Part shown: in pieces, positions 14,994 through 27,905 of the stretch
Position numbering within the stretch: position 1 is the first letter of the stretch
Layout: every line of letters begins with the position of its first letter
Source: the human T2T-CHM13v2.0 reference genome, Homo sapiens
Length of the DNA: 64,000 nt
Direction: 5' to 3' (one strand)
Assembly: GCF_009914755.1 (NCBI RefSeq)
Contig: NC_060930.1
Notes under the pieces: model-generated
Database searches by the model: none
Told to the model about the DNA's origin: nothing
The model's input: only the letters and a program-made list of their open reading frames with translations
Program-made: the position numbers and the translations under genes

Positions 14994-15325
14994 CAGTCAT
15001 GCACCACATAACAACATTTCGGTCAATGATGGATTGCATATATAACAGTGGTCCTTTAAAATTACAATGCCATATGTTTACTATGCCTTTTCTGTGTTTA
15101 AATATGTTTAGATACACAAATATTTACCAATGTGTTACAAGTACCTACAGTATTCAATACAGTAACAGCGTACAGGTTTGTGGCTTAGGAGCAATAAGCT
15201 CTAATAGCATACAGCCTAGATGTGTAGTAGGCTATACCATCTAGGTCTGTGTAAGTACATTTTAGTATGTTCACACAATGACAAAACCATAATGTGCATC
15301 CCCATCATTAAGCAATGCATGACTA
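14994..15325 (+). mobile_element. Tigger3 (MER7-type) MITE
   Basis: TIRs CAGTCATGCA / TGCATGACTA with flanking TA. Confidence 0.85.
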
Positions 15326-15536
15326 TATATATAATGTAATACCAAGAACAACCACTAAAACAATAATACAAGCAGGTACTCTCAAAAACACACAGATAAA
15401 TCAAAATGGAATTCTAAAAACACAATAAAATCAGAATTTAATTGATATTTATAGAACTGTCTATACAACAGCACAATATACCTCCTTTCAAGTACCCAGA
15501 TAGAACATATTCTGGGCCATAAAACAAACATCAACA

Positions 15537-16072
15537 TGTCACAGGGCAAACCCCAAAACTGGAGTTCAGCCCAGGAGGCCACGTGGGTTTTTGGCTTTGT
15601 GCAGAAGGAATTCAAGGGTGAGCCGACAGAGTGACATGAAAGCAAGTTTATTAAGAAAGTAAAGGAATAAAAGAGTGGCTGCTCCATAGACAGAGCGGCC
15701 CTGAGGGCTGGTGGTTGGTTATTTTTATGGTTTTTTTTTTATTATATGCTATACAAGGGGTGGATTATTCTTGACTTTTCTGGGAAAGGGATGGGGGAAT
15801 TCCCAGAACTGAGGGTTCCTCCCTGTTTCAGATGATATAAGGTAACTTCCAGACGTTGCCGCGGCATTTATAAATTGTCACGGTGCTGATGGCAGTAACC
15901 TTTAGTATGCTAATGTATTATAATTAGCATATAATGAGCAGTGAGGACAACCAGAGGTCACTTGCATGACCATCTTGGTTTTGGCCAGCTTCTTTACTGC
16001 ATCCTGTTTTGTCAGTGGGGATCTTTTAAGACCTGTATCTTGTGGAACCAGATCTACTGACCTCCTGTCTCA
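15537..16072 (-). mobile_element. MER41-family ERV1 solo LTR
   Basis: TG...CA ends; 4-bp TSD AACA; minus strand has MER41 hallmarks CAAGATACAGGTC, CAGTAAAGAAGCTGGCCAAAACCAAGATGG and GTGACCTCTGGTTGTCCTCACTGCT. Confidence 0.88.
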
Positions 16073-16332
16073 AACACACTTAAAATAATGGAAATCATAC
16101 AGAATATGTTCACTGATCACAATGGAATCAAACTAGAAATCAATAACAGAAAGATAAAACAGGGAAATCTCCAGACAGAAACTAAAAGCACACACTTTTC
16201 AAATAATCCAGGATTCAAAGTAGTAGTTACAAGGAAAGCAAAAAAAAAAAAAAACAAAATTAACTGAAAGTGAAAATACATGTGAAACTTTGTGGGGCAC
16301 AGCTAAATTAGTGCTGAAATGGGAAAATATAT

Positions 16333-16633
16333 TTTATTTTATTGTTATTATTTTTGAGACAAAGTCTCACTCAGTAGTCCAGGCTGGAGTGCAGTGGCCT
16401 GATCTCGGCTCACCGCAACCTCCCCCTCCCATGTTCAAACAATCCTGCCTCAGCCTCCCGAGTAGGTGGGACTACACGCATGCATCACCATGCTGGGCTA
16501 ATTTTTGTATTTTTAGTAGAGACAGGACTTCACCATGTTGGCCAGGCAGTTCTCTAACTCCTGGCTCAAGTGATCCGCCCGCCGTGGCCTCCCAAAGTGC
16601 TGGGACTACAGGCGTGAGCCACCGTGCCCAGCC
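16333..16633 (-). mobile_element. Alu
   Basis: Antisense dimer. Confidence 0.93.
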
Positions 16634-17595
16634 TAAGATACGAAAATTTAGAGCGCTAAATGCTTACTTTGAAAAGGAAAAAAGTTTCAACTCAATAATC
16701 TAAGCACTCACCTCAAGAACTAGAAGAAGAGCAAAATAAACCCAAAGCAAGCAAAAAAAAAGGAAGATACTAAAAAAGAAGAACAGAAATCAATGAAATT
16801 GCAAACAGAAAAACTGATGAAACAAAAAGCTGGCTTTTTGAGAAGATCAATAAATTTAATAAAACTTTAGTGAGACTAACACAAAAAAGAGAGAGGATAC
16901 AAATACCTAATACCGGGAATAAAATAGGGGATAGCAACATAGACTCTGCAGACTCAAAAGGATAACGTAACAACCCTACACACATAAATGTGACAACCCA
17001 GACAAAATGAACCAAATTTTTGAAAAGTATAAACGACCATAATTCACCCAATATAATATAGGTCCATTTGAATACCCCTATAACTATGAAGGAAATTGAA
17101 TTTGTAATGTAAAAACTCAGAAAGAAATCTACAGGATCAGGCAGTTTCACTGAAGAATCCTACTAAACATTTAAAAAATTAACACCAATGTACACAATCT
17201 CCTCCAGAATAGAGACGAGGAAACACTTCCCAACTCTTTTTATGAAGCCAGCATTATCTTGATACCACAAAAAGACACTACAAAAAAGAAAATTAGACAA
17301 ACTCTTCTGAACAAAGATGTAAAAATCTTCAACAAAGTATTAATAAATTGAATTCAGCAATATTTAAAACACAATACACTGCAACCAAGTGGACTTTATT
17401 CTGGGAATGCAAGGCTAGTTAAATACTCAAAAAACAATCAATGTAATCCACCATATTAATAAACTCAAGGAAAAAAACACAACATAGTATCAATTGATGC
17501 AGAAGAAATATTGACAAAATTCAACATTTGTGAGAAAACTCTGAGCAAACTAGAAATAGAATGGGACTTCTTCAACCTGGTAAAAGGCATCTATA

Positions 17596-17949
<354 letters not shown>

Positions 17950-20499
17950 TCACATTGGGAACAAGGTAAGGATATATATTCTCACTACTCCTATTCATCA
18001 TACATGAAGTTCTAGTCATTGTAATAGGAAACAAAAATAAAACACAGATTAGGAAAAAATTAAAACTTTCTCTATTCACAAATGACATGATTATCTCTGT
18101 AGAAAAACCCATGGAATCCACCAAAAATTCAAAAACCAAACCCTGAACTAATGAGTTTAGCAAAGTCAGAGGACATATGTACAACACACAAAATTCAATT
18201 GTATTTCTGTGTACAAACAATGTACAATTTGAAACCAGTATTTTTTAGAATGAGATTTACAATAGCTCCAAAAACATTAAATACTTAGGTATAAATGTAA
18301 CAAAACATGTACACAATCTGTATGCTGAAAACTACAAAACACTAAACAAATCAAAGACCTAAATAAATGGAAAGACATATCATGTTCATAGATTGGGAGA
18401 CTCAACAAAGTAAACAGCAATTCTCCCTAAATTGATCTACGGGTGTAATACAATTTCAATCAAAGCACCAGCCAAATTTTTCTGTATCCACAAGCTGATT
18501 CTAAACTTTATACACAAAGGTAAAAGAATCAGAATAGCTAAAACAATTTTGAAAAAGAATAAAACTGGAGGAAATTATACTACCTGGTTTTAAGACATTA
18601 TAATGCTAAATTAACAAAGTGTAATACTGGCAAAGGGAAAGCTAAGTAAATCAGTGGAACAAAACAGGCCCAAAATAGACCCTCACAAATAAAGACAATT
18701 GATTTTTAACAAAGGTGCAAAAGCAATTCAATGGAGAGAAGACAGTCTTTTCAACAAATAGTGACGGAACAACTGGACATCCATATGCAAAAAAGTAAAC
18801 CTTCACACCTTATACAATTAACTCAAATGGATCACAGATCTAAATGGAACACTTTTATAAAACAATTTTTAGAAGGAGAAAATCTTGACCTGTTAGGCAG
18901 AGTTTTTAGACATGACACCAGATGACCCATAAAAGGAAAAACTGATACTGGACTTCACCAAAATTAAAAACATTGCTGTCTGAAAGACACTGTTAGAATG
19001 AAGAGAAAGACAGACTGGAAGAAAATACCTGAAAAACACGTATCTAACATATAATTTGTATCCAAAACATATAAAGAGCCTTCAAAACTCAACATAAGAA
19101 AACAGCCCAATTTAAAAATGGGCAAGAGACTTTGCCAGATACCTCACCAACGACTCCATGTGGCAAATGAACACATGAAAACATGTACATCTTTAGCCAT
19201 TAGTTAAAGGCACATTAAAACCACAAGGAGATACCACTACACACCTATTAGAATGGCTAAATTTAAAAAAACTGACACTATCAAATGCTGGGAGTATGTG
19301 GAGCAACTAGAACTCTCACATGTTGCTTGTGGGAATGCAAAATGACACAGATACTCCAGAAAACAGTTTAACAGTTTTTTAAAAGTTAAACATACATTTA
19401 CCATATGACCCTGCAATCCACTCCTAGCAATACCCTAGAGAAATGAAAACATGTCCATGCAAAAACCTGTACATGGTATTTATAGCAGATTGATTCATAA
19501 TCACAGAAAACTGAAAACAACCTCAATGTCCTTCCATGGGCAGATGTTGAAACAGACTGTGGCATATCCACATAATAAAATAGTACTCAGCAATAAAAAA
19601 AGAAATTATCCATACATGAAACAACTTGGAGAAATCTTAAAGGCATTATGCTGAGTGAAAAAAAGCTAACATCGAAAGATTACTAACTGTTATGATTTCA
19701 TTTCTAGAAAAGATTAGTAATTGCCAGGGGTAAGGAGTATGATATAATGGGATCACATTAGGTTTTTTTTCTGTGGCGGGGGAGCGATAGATTTGTTCTA
19801 CATCCTTACTGTAGTGGTGGTTACATGAGTCTAAAATTCGCAGAACTGTACATCGAAAAAAAATCAATTTTACCATACACTTTTTAAAATAATAAATTAA
19901 TTTCCTTAAAATAAATTTAAAGAAAAAAGCCAAATTAAATTTTAACAGGCAGTCGGACTCTTGCTTTTCAGAAACTATAGACTTAAAGCACTAGATCAAA
20001 ACAATTACGTTCCTAGAAATAAGCATACTTCTGAGTACAATTAAAAACCTCGACAATAATACTTTATATAAATACCCTTTCCCCAAAACTTTTAACATTT
20101 TGCTAATGCGGTCTAATAAATTAGAGAAGCAAAGGGTGAGTTAACTCACTAATCAAAAGGTTGTTTTCTCATAACAGCCTTTATTTAAGTAGAAGTACAG
20201 GTTATATTTGTAAAAATACTGAAAAACTTCTTAGGGTCAATGAAATTACCTAGATGTTAGGAGATACATAAAAACCTAGAGAAGTTAACAGCCCTTTTCA
20301 GACCCTACTGCCACTTCACTAGCTCCTGATAATGAAGTTCTTACTCTCACACGCTCTCAGGTTCTTACTCCTGGGAACTGCCGATGGCTCCTCGGATCTC
20401 CGAGTAAAGTTAATTCTGTAGCAACCAGTGTCAATGGAACAGCACAATTTGGCTCATTCATATTCCAGCACTCTATGAACAAGAAACTAGGGAAGGGTG

Positions 20500-21680
20500 G
20501 GGTCGCGGGTAAAGAGTGGTCGCACTGCAGGGAGGAGTCTAAATGCCAGGGTGGAGCTGAGGACTCTCTTCGCCATCAAACCTAACCTGAGCACTTCACG
20601 CCCTTACTGGTGTCTGGCCCAGCCCGGGTCGCCCCTTCCCCAGTCGGGACTTGGGGCAGGCAAAAAGCCGAACGTTCGGCCAGACTGGGGACGCAGCGCC
20701 GCCCTCGCTCCACCCCTCTTTCCCGCCCACCAGGCAATTCCAGGTACCCACCGCTGGGAGCTGGGAGGGGGCGCCGGGCTGGCGCTGCCGCCCACCTTCT
20801 CTAGCTGGAACTTGGGATCGGTGCTCAGGGAGGGGAGAGCCGGCGCTCGGCGGTCCGAACCGGGGGATGGGGGAGCCGGGCCGGGAGGCCCCTGCCCTCG
20901 ATACCCCTGCCCACTCCGGAGAGTAAGGCACAACCCGGGACCCCGGGGAGAAGCTGAGTCTTCCCCAGTGGAGCCGGACGAACCCCCAGCCCCTGGAGAG
21001 GGCGAGTGAGTGCAGCGCCGCTGCACCGCAGCGCGAGCCGCTACTCACCGTCCCCCACCGGCCGCGGACCCGCCGCCCGGCGCCACCGGCTCCTCCTGGT
21101 CGCGGCGCAACCGCTGCCGCCGCTGTCTCCTCCCGACGCGCCAGCTCTCCCTGCGGGGCCGAGCGGCTAGTTCGCACCCTCTTTCGCTCTCTTAAGAATG
21201 ATTATGATTTTTAAACGAACTTTATTAGTAGCCAGGGCTCAGATTGAGTGGCTCAGCAGCAGCTCCGCCGGGGGTGGTGGGGCGCGGGAGTCTCGACTCC
21301 CCTCATCTGTGGACCCGCCGCGCTGCGGAGCATGCGCCGTGCTTCGTCTGCGCATGCTCTGTGCGGACCCGCGGCCCTGCCCCGCCCCTGTTCTGGCGGG
21401 TGGCTGGCGGCGGCTCAGCTTTCCAGGCGCCTCCAAGGGAGCCCGGGAGGGCAGTGGGGAGATCAGAGACGAGCAGGATCTCCTAGATCGTGAACTCTAG
21501 AAAAGAGAAATCGGCCAATGACGGTCCGCATGAGTTTCGCCTACAGAGTTATCACACTTCCAGTGTCCTCAAAGGGCTTGCCCCGCTTCGGACACCTACC
21601 TTATTTTCTTGACCAGATGACATCTTAAGTGGCCAAGTGAGCAAAAAAATGTCGAGCAAAGTCGAAAACGCACTCACACA
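20500..21680. promoter_or_regulatory. RAB23: CpG island / RAB23 promoter
   Basis: Abruptly GC- and CpG-rich against CpG-depleted flanks; GC box GCCCCGCCCC 21379-21388; NRF1-like GCATGCGC/GCGCATGC 21330-21357. Confidence 0.92.
20752..21335 (-). other. RAB23: RAB23 non-coding exon 1 (TSS approximate; candidate donors at 21049 and 20752)
   Basis: Lies in the only CpG island upstream of exon 2. Minus-strand donors ACG|GTGAGT (exon end 21049) and GCG|GTGGGT (exon end 20752). TSS inferred from adjacent NRF1/GC-box motifs. Confidence 0.7.
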
Positions 21681-21789
21681 GCCTGCAGGACAAAATAGAA
21701 GCCTGAGATGGTTAATTATTCAGAGAAGCGAACCAAAAACGAAAAGGTTCCGCAAAAGCAATCTCAACTTTGCTTCAGTTGTTTTTATA

Positions 21790-22510
21790 TTTCAAAATAA
21801 AATAGAATAGAAAAAAAAGATGGAAAATACCAAGTGTTGGCCAGGATGTAGAGTAACTGCATTCTTCTACTTTGCTGCTGGAATGTAAACTGGAACAACT
21901 CCTTTGAAAAACAGTTTGGGACTGTCTGCAAAAGGTGCATACCCTATGGCCCCGCAGTTCCACGCCTGCATATAGAGCAAAGAGAAACGAATACTTAGGG
22001 TGCACGGACAGGCAGGTATCAGAATGTTCGTAGCTGCATTTATTGTAATAATTCCTTAATGAGAATAACCCAAAAGACCATCAACAATAGAATAAATTAA
22101 TGAAATTACACAGAGTTCATATAATGAAACACTATACAGCAACGCAAAAAAGCATCTGCAATTACAGGCAATAACGTGAATCAACTGGGGAAACCTAATG
22201 CCCAGCATAAAAAGACAACAAAAGTACACATGGCATAAGTCCATTTCTATAAACTACAAAAACAGAAGAACTAAGAGGCTCAAAGTTAGCATAATGGTTA
22301 CCTTGGTGGGCAGGGGATAGTGACTGGAAGGAGTTAGCGACTAGAAGAGGGGCTTCCAGTTAGCAACTGGAAGAGGGGCTTCCTTCTAGTGAGGTTCTCT
22401 CCGTTGATTTTGGCGCTAGTTATAAATGCGTGTCCATTTGTGAAAATTCAAGCTGTACTCTTATGCACATTTTTCTGTATGTGAATTATAATTCACACTT
22501 AATAATTTTA
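21790..22510 (+). mobile_element. old L1 (L1ME-like) 3' fragment
   Basis: CAAGTGTTGGCCAGGATGTAGAG...TTTGAAAAACAGTTTGG ORF2-end and 3'UTR motifs. Confidence 0.65.
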
Positions 22511-22649
22511 AAAATTAGTGGAGATTATTTTACCTATAATAGCAATAGTATTTGTAAGAAATTTAATATCAAGTAGCTAACAGATTTATCTCTAGGATTT
22601 GGTTGGCAGTATCTCTTAAACTTGAGTAACGTACTGATGCCCTTTCTGA

Positions 22650-23675
22650 GAAAAGAAAAAAAACAATTAAAAAGTTGGCAAATGACTTGAATAGACATTT
22701 CTCCAAAGAAGGTATACAAATGGCCGATGAGCACATGAAAAGAGACTCAAGGTCACTAATCATGAGGGAAATGCAACTCAAAACCATGAGATACAACTTC
22801 ACACTCATTAAAATGATGATTATAAACAAAGCAGAACAGAAAATAAATATGAGTGTTGGCAAGGATGTGGAAAAATTATAACCTTTGTGTGCTGCTGGTG
22901 GGAATGTAAAATGGTACGGCCACTATGGAAAATTGTATGGTTCATCAGAACATTAAAAATAGAATTATCGTATGATTAAATAATTCCACTTCTGAGTATA
23001 TATTCAAAAGAATTGAAAACAGGGACTCAAAAAAAAATTTGTACAACCATGTTTATAGCAGCATTATTCACAATAGCCAAAGGGTGGAAGCAACCCAAAT
23101 GTCCATCAATGGATGAATGGATGAACAAAATGTAGTATATACATGCAATAAAATATTATTCAGCCTTAAAAAAGGAGGGACCCAGGTGTGGCGAGGTATC
23201 CCTGTAATCCCAGCTACTTAGGAGGCTGAGATGGGAGGATCACTTGAATCCAGGAGTTCAAGACCAGCCTGGGCAAATCCTGTCTCAAAAATAAAAGAGA
23301 GAGAGGGAAATTCTGACACATGTTATAGCATGGATGAAGCTTGAAGACATTATGCCTAGTCGCAAAAGGACAAATGCTGTATGATTCAACTTATATAAGG
23401 TACATAGAGTAGTCAAATTCATAGAGACAGTTGGGGGGTGGGAAGTGGTTGTGGGAAAGGAAGGGCAGGTGGGAATGGGGAGTTACTGTTTTATGTCTAC
23501 AGTTCTAGCTTTGCAAGATGAAGAAAGTCTGGAGATAGATGGTGGTGATGGTTGCACAACGATGTGAATAAACTTGATGCTCTTGAACTTTATACTTAAA
23601 AATGGCTAAAAATGGTAAATTTTATGTTTTATGTATATCTTGCCAAATTTCTTTTTAATGGGAAAAAAAAAAAAG
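22650..23675 (+). mobile_element. L1MB-type 3' fragment containing a FLAM monomer (~23179-23296)
   Basis: ORF2 C-terminal remnant (LNRHFSKEGIQMADEHMKR...), L1MB 3'UTR and poly-A. Confidence 0.8.
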
Positions 23676-23801
23676 AAAATCTTAGAGGGTCTCAGGGAGT
23701 ACTTCTGGGATCCAAATTTGAGAAAAACTTCCTGAAAGGGGGTTCCCCCAAAATCATTTCTTTCCTCCCCACTTTTCCATTTCCTTGGGATTGTTGGACA
23801 T

Positions 23802-24344
23802 TGAAGGAGATCCAGAATATGCCACCCCAAAACATGCCACTTTGACACAAGCATTATTTGGAGTTGAAGGCAATTAAGAAACAGCAGAACAGAAGAAACA
23901 CTCTGCTTTTCCTATTTCTGCCTAAAAGCAGGACATAAATTTCCCTTTGTGAAGTTGTTCCTCCTCCCCATCCCACACTAGGAGGAGGAGATTCCTATCA
24001 CCAGAGCACCAACTTGAGTCATATGGCAAACCTTGCAAAATAACCCTTGTCTTCCAATAGTTTCCCTCATATAGTTTACTCGGCCACAATTTACCACCTT
24101 CACAAGTCCCACCCCTTTTTCCTTTGTCTTATCACTTCTCCACAATTTATCACCTTTTAAAAAAATGGTATATAAGCTCTTAGGCCTAACTGCTTTTTGG
24201 GGTTTTCACTTCCTTTCTGTGAGGCCCCCCATGTGCATATGAAATAAACCTTTTCTCCTGTTTATCTGTCATTTGTCAATTTAATTTGCAGGCTTCTGCT
24301 ACTGAACTTACAAGAGTAGAGAAAAAGTGTTTATCCTCCCTGCA
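23802..24344 (+). mobile_element. MER34/MER39-family ERV1 solo LTR
   Basis: TGAAGGAGATCCAGAATATGCCACCCCAAAA start, TATATAA ~24169, AATAAA ~24243, ends TGCA; 5-bp TSD GACAT. Confidence 0.85.
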
Positions 24345-25059
24345 GACATGCTCAGTGCAATTAAAGTCTACTTTTTATTTGACTTGAGGCTGCTCTCAAG
24401 GACACAGCAGAGATTCTCATGCTCTCACTGAAGGCAGTGAAATAATGAAAGCCTGCATGGAAACCTGGCCTTTTAAATCATGTAGTTGTGCTATAGTAGA
24501 AATAGCAACAGAATTAACCTAAAAGGTTTTGAAAGAAATTTTACCTGCAGTGACTAGAAATGAGTTTCACAAAATTATTTTAAGGAAAACATTCTGAAAA
24601 GTTAGTTATTAAGTCATTAAATGATTGTTTGAATCTAGTACCTCCACTGATCCAGCAAAAAATGTCCATTTGTTCCCTTGCTCGTTCTTTCATTGTGTCT
24701 GACTCTAATGAACTGAACAGTGTCCAAGGATCATGAATTGTAGCTGAGTAGAAAGAAAAACAGAAAAATCAGAAAATATTTTCTTCCAAGAAAGAAAGCT
24801 TTGAAAATTTTACCACTTAGAATATAAGTCTGCATATACATATGAATGCATATGTGGCCATCTGGAAAAAACTAGTAGAAATCACAGTATTTGGCTAGAC
24901 AATAATAATCTACTGTTCTTCAGATTCAAACAGATCATGCTGGAAAAAAAATTTTTTCTAGTACTTTCTAGGCAGACATTAGAGTACTGATTCAGTTTTT
25001 CTGTTGCTTAATAACGTTGGATCTTAGTATCCTCATCTATAGTAAGGAGTTACCCACCT

Positions 25060-25930
25060 TACAAGGTCATTTATCCATTAAAAAAAATACATATTGTGCC
25101 AAGGACTGTGCTGAACATTGGGTATTCAGTAATAGACAAAAGGCAGATGGTTTGTGTCCTCTGGGAGCTTATAATGTGTTAAGGGAGACCAAAAAAGAAA
25201 GTATACAAATACACACATATGCACACATATACACAAATAAGTGATTACATACCGTTAGACATTATGTGAAAGTAAATAACTGGTATGATGGAAGCATGTA
25301 AGAGGGAGCCCTAATTTATGTTGGAGAACCAAGGGAAGGCCTTTCTGATACAGTGATTTTTAAGCTGTTATCTGAAAGATAAATGAGTTTGGTAAAGAAT
25401 AGACAGAAAAAGCCTTTAAGCAGAGACAGCAGGAAGTACGATGGCCTGAGGCGGCAAACAATTCACTGGGTTTGAATAATTGAAAGGGAGCCAGTGTGCA
25501 GGAGTGAGGTGGAAAGCGGTATGTAAAAAATAAAGAACAGTGGTGAGGGAAGCAGGGGCCAGATCATGAAGACCTTGCAGGTCATATTAGGTAATTTGGA
25601 TTATATCTCAAGTATATTGGGAAGCCATTGGAGGATTTTTTAGTGCACAGACTAGGAGATCCACTGGAGAGTTTTAAAAAATTCCTCTGACTGCTATCTA
25701 GGGAAAACATAGAGTAGTGGAAAATGGGAGAGCAATGGAAGGCCGGTTCAGGCAAGAGATGATGGAGGGTTAGACTGAGATGGTTACAGGGGTGATACAG
25801 AAAAGTGCATTTGTTTTTAATCTTGGAAGTAGAACCTATAGGATTTGGCTATGGTGTAGGAAAAAGACGGAATGTAAAGAGTGACTTGCAGGTTTCTTGA
25901 ATGACTGCCTTGCTGAGATTGGTCACTAAG
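25060..25930 (-). mobile_element. L2
   Basis: Typical antisense L2 3' motifs (TGTGCCAAGGACTGTGCT, GGGAAGCCATTGGAGGATTTT). Confidence 0.7.
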
Positions 25931-26299
25931 GGACTAGTTATAACCCCTCACAGTGTGAGTCGGGGAATAATCTGTTCATTCTAAATTCCTTTTTGTTTTG
26001 TCCTTGATTGTTCTTGTATTATGGTCTAGTGTGTTCCAGCATATACACTTCTAGATTTAGGGCCCTTACTAACAAAGAATAATTAGAAAATAAAAATCTT
26101 TTTTTTTTCTTTACTGCCCAAGTCTTTCTCATATATATATTTACTTTTGTTGAAATACTCTTAGTATACTGAGAGACCTCCTCTCTAATGGAAAGGGCTG
26201 GACTAGACAACTCTCTGACTTTTGAGAACTTCGCTCATGGTAAATAAGGAAACGTCTGTGTGATATTCTTCCTCACACTTCTGTTGGAACATTTGTTCA

Positions 26300-26697
<398 letters not shown>

Positions 26698-27699
26698 AAT
26701 TCTTTTCTCAGTGCTCTCATAAAATAAGTAGAAGGACTATTTGATTAACCTTATTTGTACATATAAATAAAGTAGGTAAAGGTCACATACCCTACAGGTA
26801 GTTTTGATACAAGAATCCAATTCTCTTAATGGGCAGTTATGAATTCAAACTCATCCACTTGCCCATTCCCTGGATTTACAATTATTAAGTCACAAAAAAG
26901 TGGTGAGGAAATGTTCTACTTGTGCTAATACTTGTGCATCAAATACTTGATGCTCATGACAGAATATTTTTACCTCTTAAATATAATCTTTTCAACATTA
27001 ATCAGTAATTGAGGTTTTGTGCTTAAAGTTATTTTGCAACCAGGACTAATTCTTAATTTTTTAACCACTTCTACTCAACAAATATATAAAACACTTTAAA
27101 TATTGATGCATCTCCTGGTTTTTGGTTTTTATTTCTTGATATCTTATAGAAGATCTACAAAACTAGAGTTAGAAGCCAGAAAGAAGCCTCAGATGGTGAT
27201 AAATAAAAATGTTCTGTCTTAATGCTGATTTTTTCAGTAATGAAGTGGTATAAACTCATTACTTTCATGAAGCTTCCTAGGTCATGAAAATAACGTTGTA
27301 GAGCTTCCATGTGCATCAGGTATGACTGAATAGTTTGATGCACTTGCAAATCACAAAGTGCCTTCCTTTGAAATGTGTAAGGCAGGTTGAGATGCAGCTT
27401 CTCAGATGGATTTAGTCCCTCCTAGGACTAGATGTCTCCTTGTTGCAGCTGAATTCTCATTTCATTTACCCATAACTAGAAACACCTCATGAACACCTAT
27501 TTTAAACATTGAGTTGCCATCAACCTGAGGGACCAAAGAAATGGATTGAGGGCAGGGAGTAGTTGGAAAGAGCAGGGAATTGATTTAAAGATGAGACATG
27601 TGCGATAATGAGGTACAGGCACTTTGTGGGGTATGGGAGGGCCCCAGGTAGACAGGAGCTGGCATATGGCTTACAGTCATCCAGCCAACGTTATTGGGC

Positions 27700-27905
27700 T
27701 CTTACAACTCAGGCTTCGGAGCCAGAATCCCTATATTTGAATTCCAGCTGTACCACTTACTAGCCGTGTTACCTTGGACAAGTTACTTAAATCTCTCAGC
27801 GCCTCAGTTTCCTCACTTGTAAAATGGAGATAATAGTAGTACTTCCTGGAGTTATTAGAGGAATTTAATGAGTTACCATATGTAAAAGCACTTAGAAGAG
27901 TGTAA
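27700..27905 (+). mobile_element. MIR
   Basis: TGTTACCTTGGACAAGTTACTTAAATCTCTC...CTCAGTTTCCTCACTTGTAAAATGG core. Confidence 0.85.

Noticed and set aside
20497-21500. Many overlapping 60-193 aa ORFs on both strands
   Set aside because: Gly/Pro/Arg/Ala-rich, mostly non-ATG starts, no recognisable domain; expected from stop-codon scarcity in a CpG island.
27311-27343. 8-bp inverted repeat GTGCATCA/TGATGCAC as a pre-miRNA or structured RNA
   Set aside because: Stem is too short, expected by chance in 64 kb, and has no other ncRNA hallmarks.
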